Shown here: positions 11,871-26,800 of the stretch, in pieces | How the letters are laid out: each line of letters begins with the position of its first letter | How positions within the stretch are numbered: the stretch's first letter is position 1 | NCBI GenBank assembly: GCA_964276515.1 | Contig: OZ193910.1 | Location: 7,502,001-7,566,000, forward strand | DNA length: 64,000 bases | Direction of reading: 5' to 3' | Source: Gordius albopunctatus | Lineage: Eukaryota | Program-made: the position numbers and the translations under genes | Notes under the pieces: generated by a model | What the model was told of the DNA's origin: nothing | What the model saw: only the letters and a program-made list of their open reading frames with translations | Databases searched by the model: none

Positions 11871-14800
11871 AATATCGCTTTATAAGCGTGTCTCTAGTTT
11901 TAGTGAAACAGGCTCTATGCGATCGTGATTTAGAGTTAATAATTTTTGATGACTGATCAAAAAAATATTTTTCAAGGAATTCACCTCTTATACCGAAAAC
12001 TTTCATGAGAGCTATATGGTTGAACAAAAAAATTGAAAAAATTTTGAGGTCGAAAAAAATATTATTTTTCATATTCTTTCGAAAGGGATGATGAAAAAAT
12101 CTTTAAAAGTTAGTAAATATTCTTAGCATTTTGTTCTTGTTAGAATCTTGATAGGAACTTTTGCGTGGGGGGATGTTTTAGATTGAGAGAAATTAGAATT
12201 TTCGTGTTGCGTTTAGATTGTTTCAATATCGCTTTATAAGCGTGTCTCTAGTTTTAGTGAAACAGGCTCTATGCGATCGTGATTTAGAGTTAATAATTTT
12301 TGATGACTGATCAAAAAAAATGTTTTTCAAGGAATTAACATTTTTTACCGAAAACTTTCATGAGAGCTATATGGTTGAAGAAAAAATTGAAAAAATTCAG
12401 AGGTCGAAAAAAATATTATTTTTCGTATTCTTTCGAAAGGGAGATGAAAAAATCTTTAAAAGATTTTAAATATTCTTAGCATTTTGTCCTTGTTAGAATC
12501 TTGATAGGAACTTTTGCGTGGGGGGATGTTTTAGATTGAGAGAAATTAGAATTTTCGTGTTGCGTTTAGATTGTTTCAATATCGCTTTATAAGCGTGTCT
12601 CTAGTTTTAGTGAAACAAGCTCCATGCGATCGTGATTTAGAGTTAATAATTTTTGATGACTGATCAAAAAAAATGTTTTTAAAGGAATTAACATTTTTTA
12701 CCGAAAACTTTCATGAGAGCTATATGGTTGAACAAAAAAATTGAAAAAATTTTGAGGTCGAAAAAAATATTATTTTTCATATTCTTTCGAAAGGGATGAT
12801 GAAAAAACCTTTAAAAGATAGTAAATACTCATAGAATTTTGTCCTTGTTAGAATCTTGATAGGAACTTTTGCGTGGGGTGATGTTTTAGATTGAGAGAAA
12901 TTAAAATTTTCGTGTTGCGTTTAGATTGTTTCAATATCGCTTTATAAGCGTGTCTCTAGTTTTAGTGAAACAAGCTCCATGCGATCGTGATTTAGAGTTA
13001 ATAATTTTTGATGACTGATCAAAAAAAATGTTTTTCAAGGAATTAACATTTTTTACCGAAAACTTTCATGAGAGCTATATGGTTGAACAAAAAAATTGAA
13101 AAAATTTTGAGGTCGAAAAAAATATTATTTTTCATATTCTTTAGAAAGGGAGATGAAAAAATCATTAAAAGATTTTAAATATTCTTAGCATTTTGTCCTT
13201 GTTAGAATCTTGATAGGAACTTTTGCGTGGGGGGATGTTTTAGATTGAGAGAAATTAGAATTTTCGTGTTGCGTTTAGATTGATTCAATATCGCTTTATA
13301 AGCGTGTCTCTAGTTTTAGTGAAACAGGCTCTATGCGATCGTGATTTAGAGTTAATAATTTTTGATGACTGATCAAAAAAATGTTTTTCAAGCAATTCAT
13401 CTCTTATACGGAAAACTTTAATGATAGCTATATGGTTGAACAAAAAAATTGAAAAAATTTTGAGGTCGAAAAAAATATTTTTTTTCATATTCTTTCGAAA
13501 GGGAGATGAAAAAATCTTTAAAAGTTATTAAATATTCTTAGCATTTTGTCCTTGTTAGAATCTTGATAGGAATCTTTGCGTGGGGGGATGTTTTAGATTG
13601 AGAGAAATTAAAATTTAGGTGTTGCGTTTATATTGTTTCAATATCGCTTTATAAGCGTGTCTCTAGTTTTAGTGAAACAAGCTCTATGCGATCGTGATTT
13701 AGAGTTAATAATTTTTGATGACTGATCAAAAAAATGTTTTTCAAGGAATTCATCTCTTATACGGAAAACTTTAATGAGAGCTATATGGTTGAACAAAAAA
13801 AATTAAAACAATTTCGAGGTCGAAAAAAATATTATTTTTCATATTCTTTCGAAAGGGAGATGAAAAAATCTTTAAAAGTTAGTAAATATTCATAGAATTT
13901 TGTCCTTGTTAGAATCTTGATAGGAATTTTTGCGTTGGCGATGTTTGAGATTGAGAGAAATTAAAATTTTCGTGTGGCGTTTAGATTGATTCAATATCGC
14001 TTTATAAGCGTGTCTCTAGTTTTAGTGAAACAAGCTCTATGCGATCGTGATTTAGAGTTAATAATTTTTGATGACTGATCAAAAAAATGTTTTTCAAGGA
14101 ATTAACATTTTTTACCGAAAACTTTCATGAGAGCTATATGGTTGAAGAAAAAATTGAAAAAATTTAGAGGTCGAAAAAAATATTATTTTTCATATTCTTT
14201 TGAAAGGGAGATAAAAAAATCTTTAAAAGATTTTAAATATTCTTAGCATTTTGTCCTTGTTAGAATCTTGATAGGAACTTTTGCGTGGGGGGATGTTTTA
14301 GATTGAGAGAAATTAGAATTTTCGTGTTGCGTTTAGATTGTTTCAATATCGCTTTATAAGCGTGTTTCTAGTTTTAGTGAAAGAGGCTCTATGCTATCGT
14401 GATTTAGAGTTAATAATTTTTGATGACTGATCAAAAAAATATTTTTCAAGGAATTCACCTCTTATACCGAAAACTTTCATGAGAGCTATATGGTTGAACA
14501 AAAAAATTGAAAAAATTTTGAGGTCGAAAAAAATATTATTTTTCATATTCTTTCGAAAGGGATGATGAAAAAATCTTTAAAAGTTAGTAAATATTCTTAG
14601 CATTTTATCCTTGTTAGAATCTTGATAGGAATTTTTGCGTGGGGGGATGTTTAGATTGAGAGAAATTAAAATTTTCGTGTTGCGTTTAGATTGTTTCAAT
14701 ATCGCTTTATAAGCGTGTTTCTAGTTTTAGTGAAACAGGCTCTATGCGATCGTGATTCAGAGTTAATAATTTTTGATGACTGATCAAAAAAATGTTTTTA

Positions 14801-17800
14801 AAGGAATTCACCTCTTATACCGAAAACTTTCATGAGAGCTATATGGTTGAACAAAAAAATTGAAAAAATTTTGAGGTCGAAAAAAATATTATTTTTCATA
14901 TTCTTTCGAAAGGGATGATGAAAAAACCTTTAAAAGATAGTAAATACTCATAGAATTTTGTCCTTGTTAGAATCTTGATAGGAACTTTTGCGTGGGGTGA
15001 TGTTTTAGATTGAGAGAAATTAGAATTTTCGTGTTGCGTTTAGATTGTTTCAATATCGCTTTATAAGCGTGTCTCTAGCTTTAGTTAAACAAGCTCCATG
15101 CGATCGTGATTTAGAGTTAATAATTTTTGATGACTGATCAAAAAAATGTTTTTCAAGGAATTAACATTTTTTACCGAAAACTTTCATGAGAGCTATATGG
15201 TTGAAGAAAAAATTGGAAAAATTTAGAGGTCGAAAAAAATATTATTTTTCATATTCTTTCGAAAGGGAGATGAAAAAATCTTTAAAAGTTAGTAAATATT
15301 CATAGCATTTTATCCTTGTTAGAATCTTGATAGGAACTTTTGCGTGGGGGGATGTTTAGATTGAGAGAAATTAAAATTTTCGTGTTGCGTTTAGATTGTT
15401 TGAATATCGCTTTATAAGCGTGTTTCTAGTTTTAGTGAAACAGGCTCTATGCGATCGTGATTCAGAGTTAATAATTTTTGATGACTGATCAAAAAAATAT
15501 TTTTAAAGGAATTCACCTCTTATACCGAAAACTTTCATGAGAGCTATATGGTTGAACAAAAAAATTGAAAAAATTTTGAGGTCGAAAAAAATATTATTTT
15601 TCATATTCTTTCGAAAGGGATGATGAAAAAATCTTCTGAAAGATTTTAAATATTCTTAGCATTTTGTCCTTGTTAGAATCTTGATAGGAACTTTTGCGTG
15701 GGAGGATGTTTTAGATTGAGAGAAATTAGAATTTTCGTGTTGCGTTTAGATTGTTTCAATATCGCTTTATAAGCGTGTTTCTAGTTTTAGTGAAACAAGC
15801 TCCATGCGATCGTGATTTAGAGTTAATAATTTTTGATGACTGATCAAAAAAATGTTTTTCAAGGAATTAACATTTTTTACCGAAAACTTTCATGAGAGCT
15901 ATATGGTTGAAGAAAAAATTGAAAAAATTTAGAGGTCGAAAAAAATATTATTTTTCATATTCTTTCGAAAGGGAGATGAAAAAATCTTTAAAAGTTAGTA
16001 AATATTCATAGCATTTTGTCCTTGTTAGAATCTTGATAGGAACTTTTGCGTGGGAGGATGTTTTAGATTGAGAGAAATTAGAATTTTCGTGTTGCGTTTA
16101 GATTGTTTCAATATCGCTTTATAAGCGTGTTTCTAGTTTTAGTGAAACAAGCTCTATGCGATCGAAATTTAGAGTTAATAATTTTTGATGACTGATCAAA
16201 AAAATATTTTTCAAGGAATTCACCTCTTATACCGAAAACTTTCATGAGAGCTATATGGTTGAACAAAAAAATTGAAAAAATTTTGAGGTCGAAAAAAATA
16301 TTATTTTTCATATTCTTTCGAAAGGGATGATGAAAAAATCTTTAAAAGTTAGTAAATATTCTTAGCATTTTATCCTTGTTAGAATCTTGATAGGAATTTT
16401 TGCGTGGGGGGATGTTTAGATTGAGAGAAATTAAAATTTTCGTGTTGCGTTTAGATTGTTTCAATATCGCTTTATAAGCGTGTTTCTAGTTTTAGTGAAA
16501 CAGGCTCTATGCGATCGTGATTCAGAGTTAATAATTTTTGATGACTGATCAAAAAAATATTTTTAAAGGAATTCACCTCTTATACCGAAAACTTTCATGA
16601 GAGCTATATGGTTGAACAAAAAAATTGAAAAAATTTTGAGGTCGAAAAAAATATTATTTTTCATATTCTTTCGAAAGGGATGATGAAAAAACCTTTAAAA
16701 GATAGTAAATACTCATAGAATTTTGTCCTTGTTAGAATCTTGATAGGAACTTTTGCGTGGGGTGATGTTTTAGATTGAGAGAAATTAGAATTTTCGTGTT
16801 GCGTTTAGATTGTTTCAATATCGCTTTATAAGCGTGTTTCTAGTTTTAGTGAAACAAGCTCTATGCGATCGTGATTCGAAGTTAATAATTTTTGATGACT
16901 GATCAAAAAAATGTTTTTAAAGGAATTCACCTCTTATACCGAAAACTTTCATGAGAGCTATATGGTTGAACAAAAAAATTGAAAAAATTTCGAGGTCGAA
17001 AAAAATATTATTTTTCATATTCTTTTGAAAGGGAGATGAAAAAATCTTTAAAAGATTTTAAATATTCTTAGCATTTTGTCCTTGTTAGAATCTTGATAGG
17101 AACTTTTGCGTGGGGGGATGTTTTAGATTGAGAGACATTAGAATTTTCGTGTTGCGTTTAGATTGTTTCAATATCGCTTTATAATCGTGTCTCTAGTTTT
17201 AGTGAAACAAGCTCCATGCGATCGTGATTTAGAGTTAATAATTTTTGATGACTGATCAAAAAAAATGTTTTTCAAGGAATTAACATTTTTTACCGAAAAC
17301 TTTCATGAGAGCTATATGGTTGAAGAAAAAATTGAAAAAATTTAGAGGTCGAAAAAAATATTATTTTTCGTATTCTTTCGAAAGGGAGATGAAAAAATCT
17401 TTAAAAGATTTTAAATATTCTTAGCATTTTGTCCTTGTTAGAATCTTGACAGGAACTTTTGCGTGGGGGGATGTTTTAGATTGAGAGAAATTAGAATTTT
17501 CGTGTTGCGTTTAGATTGTTTCAATATCGCTTTATAAGCGTGTCTCTAGTTTTAGTGAAACAAGCTCCATGCGATCGTGATTTAGAGTTAATAATTTTTG
17601 ATGACTGATCAAAAAAAATGTTTTTCAAGGAATTAACATTTTTTACCGAAAACTTTCATGAGAGCTATATGGTTGAAGAAAAAATTGAAAAAATTATGAG
17701 GTCGAAAAAAATATTATTTTTCATATTCTTTCGAAAGGGAGATGAAAAAATCTTTAAAAGTTAGTAAATACTCTTAGAATTTTGTCCTTGTTTGAATCTT

Positions 17801-20800
17801 GATAGGAACTTTTGCGTGGGGGGATGTTTTAGATTGAGAGAAATTAGAATTTTCGTGTTGCGTTTAGATTGTTTCAATATCGCTTTATAAGCGTGTCTCT
17901 AGTTTTAGTGAAACAAGCTCTATGCGATCGTGATTCAGAGTTAATAATTTTTGATGACTGATCAAAAAAATGTTTTTAAAGGAATTCACCTCTTATACCG
18001 AAAACTTTCATGAGAGCTATATGGTTGAACAAAAAAATTGAAAAAATTTCGAGGTCGAAAAAAATATTATTTTTCATATTCTTTTGAAAGGGAGATGAAA
18101 AAACCTTTAAAAGATTTTAAATATTCTTAGCATTTTGTCCTTGTTAGAATCTTGATAGGAACTTTTGCGTGGGGTGATGTTTTAGATTGAGAGAAATTAA
18201 AATTTTCGTGTTGCGTGTAGATTGTTTCAATATCGCTTTATAAGCGTGTCTCTAGTTTTAGTGAAACAGGCTCTATGCGATCGTGATTTAGAGTTAATAA
18301 TTTTTGATGACTGATCAAAAAAATATTTTTCAAGGAATTCACCTCTTATACCGAAAACTTTCATGAGAGCTATATGGTTGAACAAAAAAATTGAAAAAAT
18401 TTTGAGGTCCAAAAAAAAATTATTTTTCATATTCTTTCGAAAGGGATGATGAAAAAATCTTTAAAAGTTAGTAAATATTCTTAGCATTTTATCCTTGTTA
18501 GAATCTTGATAGGAATTTTTGCGTGGGGGGGGATGTTTAGATTGAGAGAAATTAAAATTTTCGTGTTGCGTTTAGATTGTTTCAATATCGCTTTATAAGC
18601 GTGTTTCTAGTTTTAGTGAAACAGGCTCTATGCGATCGTGATTCAGAGTTAATAATTTTTGATGACTGATCAAAAAAATGTTTTTAAAGGAATTCACCTC
18701 TTATACCGAAAACTTTCATGAGAGCTATATGGTTGAACAAAAAAATTGAAAAAATTTTGAGGTCGAAAAAAATATTATTTTTCATATTCTTTCGAAAGGG
18801 ATGATGAAAAAACCTTTAAAAGATAGTAAATACTCATAGAATTTTGTCCTTGTTAGAATCTTGATAGGAACTTTTGCGTGGGGTGATGTTTTAGATTGAG
18901 AGAAATTAAAATTTTCGTGTTGCGTTTAGATTGTTTCAATATCGCTTTATAAGCGTGTCTCTAGTTTTAGTGAAACAAGCTCCATGCGATCGTGATTTAG
19001 AGTTAATAATTTTTGATGACTGATCAAAAAAAATGTTTTTCAAGGAATTAACTTTTTTTACCGAATACTTTCATGAGAGCTATATGGTTGAAGAAAAAAT
19101 TGAAAAAATTCAGAGGTCGAAAAAAATATTATTTTTCGTATTCTTTCGAAAGGGAGATGAAAAAATCTTTGAAAGATTTTAAATATTCTTAGCATTTTGT
19201 CCTTGTTAGAATCTTGATAGGAACTTTTGCGTGGGGGGATGTTTTAGATTGAGAGAAATTAGAATTTTCGTGTTGCGTTTAGATTGTTTCAATATCGCTT
19301 TATAAGCGTGTCTCTAGTTTTAGTGAAACAAGCTATATGCGATCGTGATTTAGAGTTAATAATTTTTGATGACTGATCAAAAAAATGTTTTTCAAGGAAT
19401 TCACCTCTTATACCGAAAACTTTCATGAGAGCTATATGGTTGAACAAAAAAAATTAAAACAATTTTGAGGTCGAAAAAAATATTATTTTTCATATTCTTT
19501 CAAAAGGGAGATGAAAAAATCTTTAAAAGTTAGTAAATATTCTTAGCATTTTGTCCTTGTTAGAATCTTGATAGGAACTTTTGCGTGGGGGGATGTTTTA
19601 GATTGAGAGAAATTAAAATTTTCGTGTTGCGTTTAGATTGTTTCAATATCGCTTTATACAAGCTCCGTGCGATCGTGATTTAGAGTTAATAATTTTTGAT
19701 GACTGATCAAAAAAATGTTTTTCAAGGAATTCACCTCTTATACCGAAAACTTTCATGAGAGCTATATGGTTGAACAAAAAAAATTAAAACAATTTTGAGG
19801 TCGAAAAAAATATTATTTTTCATATTCTTTCGAAAGGGAGATGAAAAAAGAATTTTTGCGTGGGGGATGTTTGAGATTGAGAGAAATTAAAATTTTCGTG
19901 TTGCGTTTAGATTGTTTCAATATCGCTTTATAAGCGTGTCTCTAGTTTTAGTGAAACAAGCTCTATGCGATCGTGATTCAGAGTTAATAATTTTTGATGA
20001 CTGATCAAAAAAATGTTTTTAAAGGAATTCACCTCTTATACCGAAAACTTTCATGAGAGCTATATGGTTGAACAAAAAAATTGAAAAAATTTCGAGGTCG
20101 AAAAAAATATTATTTTTCATATTCTTTTGAAAGGGAGATAAAAAAATCTTTAAAAGATTTTAAATATTCTTAGCATTTTGTCCTTGTTAGAATCTTGATA
20201 GGAACTTTTGCGTGGGGGGATGTTTTAGATTGAGAGAAATTAGAATTTTCGTGTTGCGTTTATATTGTTTCAATATCGCTTTATAAGCGTGTCTCTAGTT
20301 TTAGTGAAACAAGCTCTATGCGATCGTGATTTAGAGTTAATAATTTTTGATGACTGATCAAAAAAATGTTTTTCAAGGAATTCACCTCTTATACCGAAAA
20401 CTTTCATGAGAGCTATATGGTTGAACAAAAAAAATTAAAACAATTTTGAGGTCGAAAAAAATATTATTTTTCATATTCTTTCAAAAGGGAGATGAAAAAA
20501 TCTTTAAAAGTTAGTAAATATTCTTAGCATTTTGTCCTTGTTAGAATCTTGATAGGAACTTTTGCGTGGGGGGATGTTTTAGATTGAGAGAAATTAAAAT
20601 TTTCGTGTTGCGTTTAGATTGTTTCAATATCGCTTTATAAGCGTGTCTCTAGTTTTAGTGAAACAAGCTCCGTGCGATCGTGATTTAGAGTTAATAATTT
20701 TTGATGACTGATCAAAAAAATGTTTTTCAAGGAATTCACCTCTTATACCGAAAACTTTCATGAGAGCTATATGGTTGAACAAAAAAAATTAAAACAATTT

Positions 20801-23800
20801 TGAGGTCGAAAAAAATATTATTTTTCATATTCTTTCGAAAGGGAGATGAAAAAAGAATTTTTGCGTGGGGGATGTTTGAGATTGAGAGAAATTAAAATTT
20901 TCGTGTTGCGTTTAGATTGTTTCAATATCGCTTTATAAGCGTGTCTCTAGTTTTAGTGAAACAAGCTCTATGCGATCGTGATTCAGAGTTAATAATTTTT
21001 GATGACTGATCAAAAAAATGTTTTTAAAGGAATTCACCTCTTATACCGAAAACTTTCATGAGAGCTATATGGTTGAACAGAAAAATTGAAAAAAATTCGA
21101 GGTCGAAAAAAATATTATTTTTCATATTCTTTTGAAAGGGAGATACAAAAATCTTTAAAAGATTTTAAATATTCTTAGCATTTTGTCCTTGTTAGAATCT
21201 TGATAGGAACTTTTGCGTGGGGGGATGTTTTAGATTGAGAGAAATTAGAATTTTCGTGTTGCGTTTAGATTGTTTCAATATCGCTTTATAAGCGTGTTTC
21301 TAGTTTTAGTGAAACAGGCTCTATGCGATCGTGATTTAGAGTTAATAATTTTTGATGACTGATCAAAAAAATATTTTTCAAGGAATTCACCTCTTATACC
21401 GAAAACTTTCATGAGAGCTATATGGTTGAACAAAAAAATTGAAAAAATTTTGAGGTCGAAAAAAATATTATTTTTCATATTCTTTCGAAAGGGATGATGA
21501 AAAAATCTTTAAAAGTTAGTAAATATTCTTAGTATTTTATCCTTGTTAGAATCTTGATAGGAATTTTTGCGTGGGGGGATGTTTAGATTGAGAGAAATTA
21601 AAATTTTCGTGTTGCGTTTAGATTGTTTCAATATCGCTTTATAAGCGTGTTTCTAGTTTTAGTGAAACAGGCTCTATGCGATCGTGATTCAGAGTTAATA
21701 ATTTTTGATGACTGATCAAAAAAATGTTTTTAAAGGAATTCACCTCTTATACCGAAAACTTTCATGAGAGCTATATGGTTGAACAAAAAAATTGAAAAAA
21801 TTTTGAGGTCGAAAAAAATATTATTTTTCATATTCTTTCGAAAGGGATGATGAAAAAACCTTTAAAAGATAGTAAATACTCATAGAATTTTGTCCTTGTT
21901 AGAATCTTGATAGGAACTTTTGCGTGGGGTGATGTTTTAGATTGAGAGAAATTAGAATTTTCGTGTTGCGTTTAGATTGTTTCAATATCGCTTTATAAGC
22001 GTGTCTCTAGCTTTAGTTAAACAAGCTCCATGCGATCGTGATTTAGAGTTAATAATTTTTGATGACTGATCAAAAAAATGTTTTTCAAGGAATTAACATT
22101 TTTTACCGAAGAATTTCTTAGAGCTATATGGTTGAACAAAAAAATTGAAAAAATTTAGAGGTCGAAAAAAATATTATTTTTCATATTCATTCGAAAGCGA
22201 GATGAAAAAATCTTTAAAAGTTAGTAAATATTCTTAGCATTTTGTCCTTGTTAGAATCTTGATAGGAATTTATGCGTGGGAGGATGTTTTAGATTGAGAG
22301 AAATTAAAATTTAGGTGTTGCGTTTATATTGTTTCAATATCGCTTTATAAGCGTGTCTCTAGTTTTTGTGAAACAAGCTCTATGCGATCGTGATTTAGAG
22401 TTAATAATTTTTGATGACTGATCAAAAAAATGTTTTTAAAGGAATTCACCTCTTATACCGAAAACTTTCATGAGAGCTATATGGTTGAACAAAAAAAATT
22501 AAAACAATTTTGAGGTCGAAAAAAATATTATTTTTCATATTCTTTCGAAAGGGAGATGAAAAAAGAATTTTTGCGTGGGGGATGTTTGAGATTGAGAGAA
22601 ATTAAAATTTTCGTGTTGCGTTTAGATTGTTTCAATATCGCTTTATAAGCGTGTTTCTAGTTTTAGTGAAACCGGCTCTATGCGATCGTGATTTAGAGTT
22701 AATAATTTTTGATGACTGATCAAAAAAAATGTTTTTCAAGGAATTAACATTTTTTACCGAAAACTTTCATGAGAGCTATATGGTTGAAGAAAAAATTGAA
22801 AAAATTATGAGGTCGAAAAAAATATTATTTTTTATATTCTTTCGAAAGGGAGATGAAAAAACCTTTAAAAGATAGTAAATACTCATAGAATATTGTCCTT
22901 GTTTGAATCTTGATAGGAACTTTTGCGTGGGGTGATGTTTTAGATTGAGAGAAATTAAAATTTTCGTGCTGCGTTTAGATTGTTTCAATATCGCTTTATA
23001 AGTGTGTCTCTAGTTTTAGTGAAACAAGCTCCATGCGATCGTGATTTAGAGTTAATAATTTTTGATGACTGATCAAAAAAAATGTTTTTCAAGGAATTAA
23101 CATTTTTTACCGAAAACTTTCATGAGAGCTATATGGTTGAAGAAAAAATTGAAAAAATTTAGAGGTCGAAAAAAATATTATTTTTCGTATTCTTTCGAAA
23201 GGGAGATGAAAAAATCTTAAAAAGATTTTAAATATTCTTAGCATTTTGTCCTTGTTAGAATCTTGATAGGAACTTTTGCGTGGGGTGATGTTTTAGATTG
23301 AGAGAAATTAAAATTTTCGTGCTGCGTTTAGATTGTTTCAATATCGCTTTATAAGTGTGTCTCTAGTTTTAGTGAAACAAGCTCCATGCGATCGTGATTT
23401 AGAGTTAATAATTTTTGATGACTGATCAAAAAAAATGTTTTTAAAGGAATTAACATTTTTTACCGAAGAATTTCTTAGAGCTATATGGTTGAACAAAAAA
23501 ATTGATAAAATTTTGAGGTCGAAAAAATATTGATTTTCATATTCTTTCGAAAGGGAGATGAAAAAATCTTTAAAAGTTAGTAAATATTCTTAGCATTTTG
23601 TCCTTGTTAGAATCTTGATAGGAATTTATGCGTGGGAGGATGTTTTAGATTGAGAGAAATTAAAATTTAGGTGTTGCGTTTATATTGTTTCAATATCGCT
23701 TTATAAGCGTGTCTCTAGTTTTAGTGAAACAAGCTCCATGCGATCGTGATTTAGAGTTAATAATTTTTGATGACTGATCAAAAAAAATGTTTTTCAAGGA

Positions 23801-26800
23801 ATTAACATTTTTTACCGAAAACTTTCATGAGAGCTATATGGTTGAAGAAAAAATTGAAAAAATAAGGAGGTCGAAAAAAATATTATTTTTCATATTCTTT
23901 CGAAAGGGAGATGAAAAAATCTTTAAAAGTTAGTAAATACTCTTAGAATTTTGTCCTTGTTTGAATCTTGATAGGAACTTTTGCGTGGGGTGATGTTTTA
24001 GATTGAGAGAAATTAAAATTTTCGTGCTGCGTTTAGATTGTTTCAATATCGCTTTATAAGTGTGTCTCTAGTTTTAGTGAAACAAGCTCCATGCGATCGT
24101 GATTTAGAGTTAATAATTTTTGATGACTGATCAAAAAAAATGTTTTTAAAGGAATTAACATTTTTTACCGATGAATTTCTTAGAGCTATATGGTTGAACA
24201 AAAAAATTGATAAAATTTTGAGGTCGAAAAAATATTATTTTTCATATTCTTTCGAAAGGGATATGAAAAAATCCTTAAAAGTTAGTAAATATTCTTAGCA
24301 TTTTATCCTTGTTAGAATCTTGATAGGAATTTTTGCGTGGGGGGATGTTTTAGATTGAGAGAAATTAAAATTTAGGTGTTGCGTTTATATTGTTTCAATA
24401 TCGCTTTATAAGCGTGTCTCTAGTTTTAGTGAAACAAGCTCTATGCGATCGTGATTTAGAGTTAATAATTTTTGATGACTGATCAAAAAAATGTTTTTAA
24501 AGGAATTCACCTCTTATACCGAAAACTTTCATGAGAGCTATATGGTTGAACAAAAAAAATTAAAACAATTTTGAGGTCGAAAAAAATATTATTTTTCATA
24601 TTCTTTCGAAAGGGAGATGAAAAAAGAATTTTTGCGTGGGGGATGTTTGAGATTGAGAGAAATTAAAATTTTCGTGTTGCGTTTAGATTGTTTCAATATC
24701 GCTTTATAAGCGTGTCTCTAGTTTTAGTGAAACAAGCTCTATGCGATCGTGATTCAGAGTTAATAATTTTTGATGACTGATCAAAAAAATGTTTTTAAAG
24801 GAATTCACCTCTTATACCGAAAACTTTCATGAGAGCTATATGGTTGAACAAAAAAATTGAAAAAATTTCGAGGTCGAAAAAAATATTATTTTTCATATTC
24901 TTTTGAAAGGGAGATAAAAAAATCTTTAAAAGATTTTAAATATTCTTAGCATTTTGTCCTTGTTAGAATCTTGATAGGAACTTTTGCGTGGGGGGATGTT
25001 TTAGATTGAGAGAAATTAGAATTTTCGTGTTGCGTTTAGATTGTTTCAATATCGCTTTATAAGCGTGTTTCTAGTTTTAGTGAAACAGGCTCTATGCGAT
25101 CGTGATTTAGAGTTAATAATTTTTGATGACTGATCAAAAAAATATTTTTCAAGGAATTCACCTCTTATACCGAAAACTTTCATGAGAGCTATATGGTTGA
25201 ACAAAAAAATTGAAAAAATTTTGAGGTCGAAAAAAATATTATTTTTCATATTCTTTCGAAAGGGATGATGAAAAAATCTTTAAAAGTTAGTAAATATTCT
25301 TAGCATTTTATCCTTGTTAGAATCTTGATAGGAATTTTTGCGTGGGGGGATGTTTAGATTGAGAGAAATTAAAATTTTCGTGTTGCGTTTAGATTGTTTC
25401 AATATCGCTTTATAAGCGTGTTTCTAGTTTTAGTGAAACAGGCTCTATGCGATCGTGATTCAGAGTTAATAATTTTTGATGACTGATCAAAAAAATGTTT
25501 TTAAAGGAATTCACCTCTTATACCGAAAACTTTCATGAGAGCTATATGGTTGAACAAAAAAATTGAAAAAATTTTGAGGTCGAAAAAAATATTATTTTTC
25601 ATATTCTTTCGAAAGGGATGATGAAAAAACCTTTAAAAGATAGTAAATACTCATAGAATTTTGTCCTTGTTAGAATCTTGATAGGAACTTTTGCGTGGGG
25701 TGATGTTTTAGATTGAGAGAAATTAGAATTTTCGTGTTGCGTTTAGATTGTTTCAATATCGCTTTATAAGCGTGTCTCTAGCTTTAGTTAAACAAGCTCC
25801 ATGCGATCGTGATTTAGAGTTAATAATTTTTGATGACTGATCAAAAAAAATGTTTTTCAAGGAATTAACATTTTTTACCGAAAACTTTCATGAGAGCTAT
25901 ATGGTTGAAGAAAAAATTGAAAAAATTTAGAGGTCGAAAAAAATATTATTTTTCATATTCTTTCGAAAGGGAGATGAAAAAATCTTTAAAAGTTAGTAAA
26001 TATTCATAGCATTTTATCCTTGTTAGAATCTTGATAGGAACTTTTGCGTGGGAGGATGTTTTAGATTGAGAGAAATTAGAATTTTCGTGTTGCATTTAGA
26101 TTGTTTCAATATCGCTTTATAAGCGTGTTTCTAGTTTTAGTGAAACAAGCTCTATGCGATCGTGATTCGAAGTTAATAATTTTTGATGACTGATCAAAAA
26201 AATGTTTTTAAAGGAATTCACCTCTTATACCGAAAACTTTCATGAGAGCTATATGGTTGAACAAAAAAATTGAAAAAATTTCGAGGTCGAAAAAAATATT
26301 ATTTTTCATATTCTTTTGAAAGGGAGATGAAAAAATCTTTAAAAGATTTTAAATATTCTTAGCATTTTGTCCTTGTTAGAATCTTGATAGGAACTTTTGC
26401 GTGGGGGGATGTTTTAGATTGAGAGAAATTAGAATTTTCGTGTTGCGTTTAGATTGTTTCAATATCGCTTTATAAGCGTGTCTCTAGTTTTAGTGAAACA
26501 AGCTCCATGCGATCGTGATTTAGAGTTAATAATTTTTGATGACTGATCAAAAAAAATGTTTTTCAAGGAATTAACATTTTTTACCGAAAACTTTCATGAG
26601 AGCTATATGGTTGAAGAAAAAATTGAAAAAATTATGAGGTCGAAAAAAATATTATTTTTCATATTCTTTCGAAAGGGAGATGAAAAAATCTTTAAAAGTT
26701 AGTAAATACTCTTAGAATTTTGTCCTTGTTTGAATCTTGATAGGAACTTTTGCGTGGGGTGATGTTTTAGATTGAGAGAAATTAAAATTTTCGTGCTGCG

